Below are positions 63,281 to 64,000 of a DNA stretch of 64,000 bases, piece after piece. Each line of letters starts with the position of its first letter. Within the stretch, counting starts at the first letter, position 1. Under the pieces are notes generated by a model. The model made no database searches. It saw only the letters and a program-made list of their open reading frames with translations, and was not told where the DNA came from. The position numbers and the translations under genes are program-made. The stretch is from Antedon mediterranea (lineage: Eukaryota > Animalia > Echinodermata), in assembly GCF_964355755.1 (NCBI RefSeq), contig NC_092671.1:9300001-9364000 (forward strand), in the 5' to 3' direction.

Positions 63281-64000
63281 GGAATGTTGGTGTATACAAT
63301 GTATATGTCTCAGGCCTAAGCTTGATGTAAATGACTTGTAGCGAAGTAATATAAACAGCTAGCTGGACTTAGTCTGTGTAGTGCGGTCAATTACTGTGTA
63401 TTTTTGTATAATGTGCCCAGTGAGGTATGACGATGCAATTTAGTATAATATAACTAATACTTACAACCAGTCATTGCTATACTATTATGTAGCCTATGGT
63501 CATTATAAACTTTAATGACGTTGTTATAATAAGTTATGCATAAGACGTAGAATTCGTTATTAGATATGTATTAAAAATGTATGAAATGTGCATTCTTTAA
63601 TAGAGTCACTCTAATCATTGATGAATATGACGTGGTAGCCGATCACTCCGGCCGCGCTTCACTCCGGCCGCCGTATCAGTTTAGCGCGATGTTATGCACT
63701 CCGGCCGCTATTCAATTCGACTTCCTGTGCAAAGGGGCCGTTAATATGGAGCGCCCATATCTACGTTTTCTATACTGTTCAGTGTTATAACAAATTCTTG
63801 GTGAATTTAAATGGAACTAGTTGAATATTTATTAGCAACAATTTTACTTTTTTCATTAACAATAACATTCAAAGAAGTTGGAACTGCTTTTTCTTTCAAA
63901 CTAAACTTAACTTAATTAAATTCAATAATAAAATAATAATCAAATACCCGTCTAATTAATGCTTGAATAACAATATTTAATTTCTTTCTATGTACATTTA

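Overview
AT-rich eukaryotic genomic DNA from an invertebrate animal. Dense TAGGCCTA motifs and the gene and intron style suggest an echinoderm (inference). It is not prokaryotic: no CRISPR array, operon, rRNA or intact tRNA is present. Six spliced protein-coding genes were reconstructed by hand, with consistent splice phases: CRH-binding protein (CRHBP, -, 1863-8206, missed by the ORF track), CCDC13 (+, 17289-23610), CEP78 (-, 27611-35003), NATD1 (+, 35894-37639), CPEB1 (-, 42458-53978) and a divergent ADAM10-like protease (-, 55881-61760). Introns and intergenic DNA hold many PIF/Harbinger- and Tc1-type MITEs (several nested), a Rex1/Babar-like LINE 3' end, SINEs, a Helentron-type element, minisatellites and a 2 kb palindromic fold-back array. 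Most notable: (1) the ADAM10-like gene has an AT-AC minor-spliceosome intron and a cytoplasmic tail resembling a ubiquitin-binding CUE domain; (2) CRHBP appears to carry 1-2 extra exons; (3) CPEB1 has two phase-compatible candidate first exons and a templated insertion next to a splice acceptor; (4) TAGGCCTA clusters sit near the 5' end of five of the six genes. Gene identities rest on remembered motif similarity, not on database searches.
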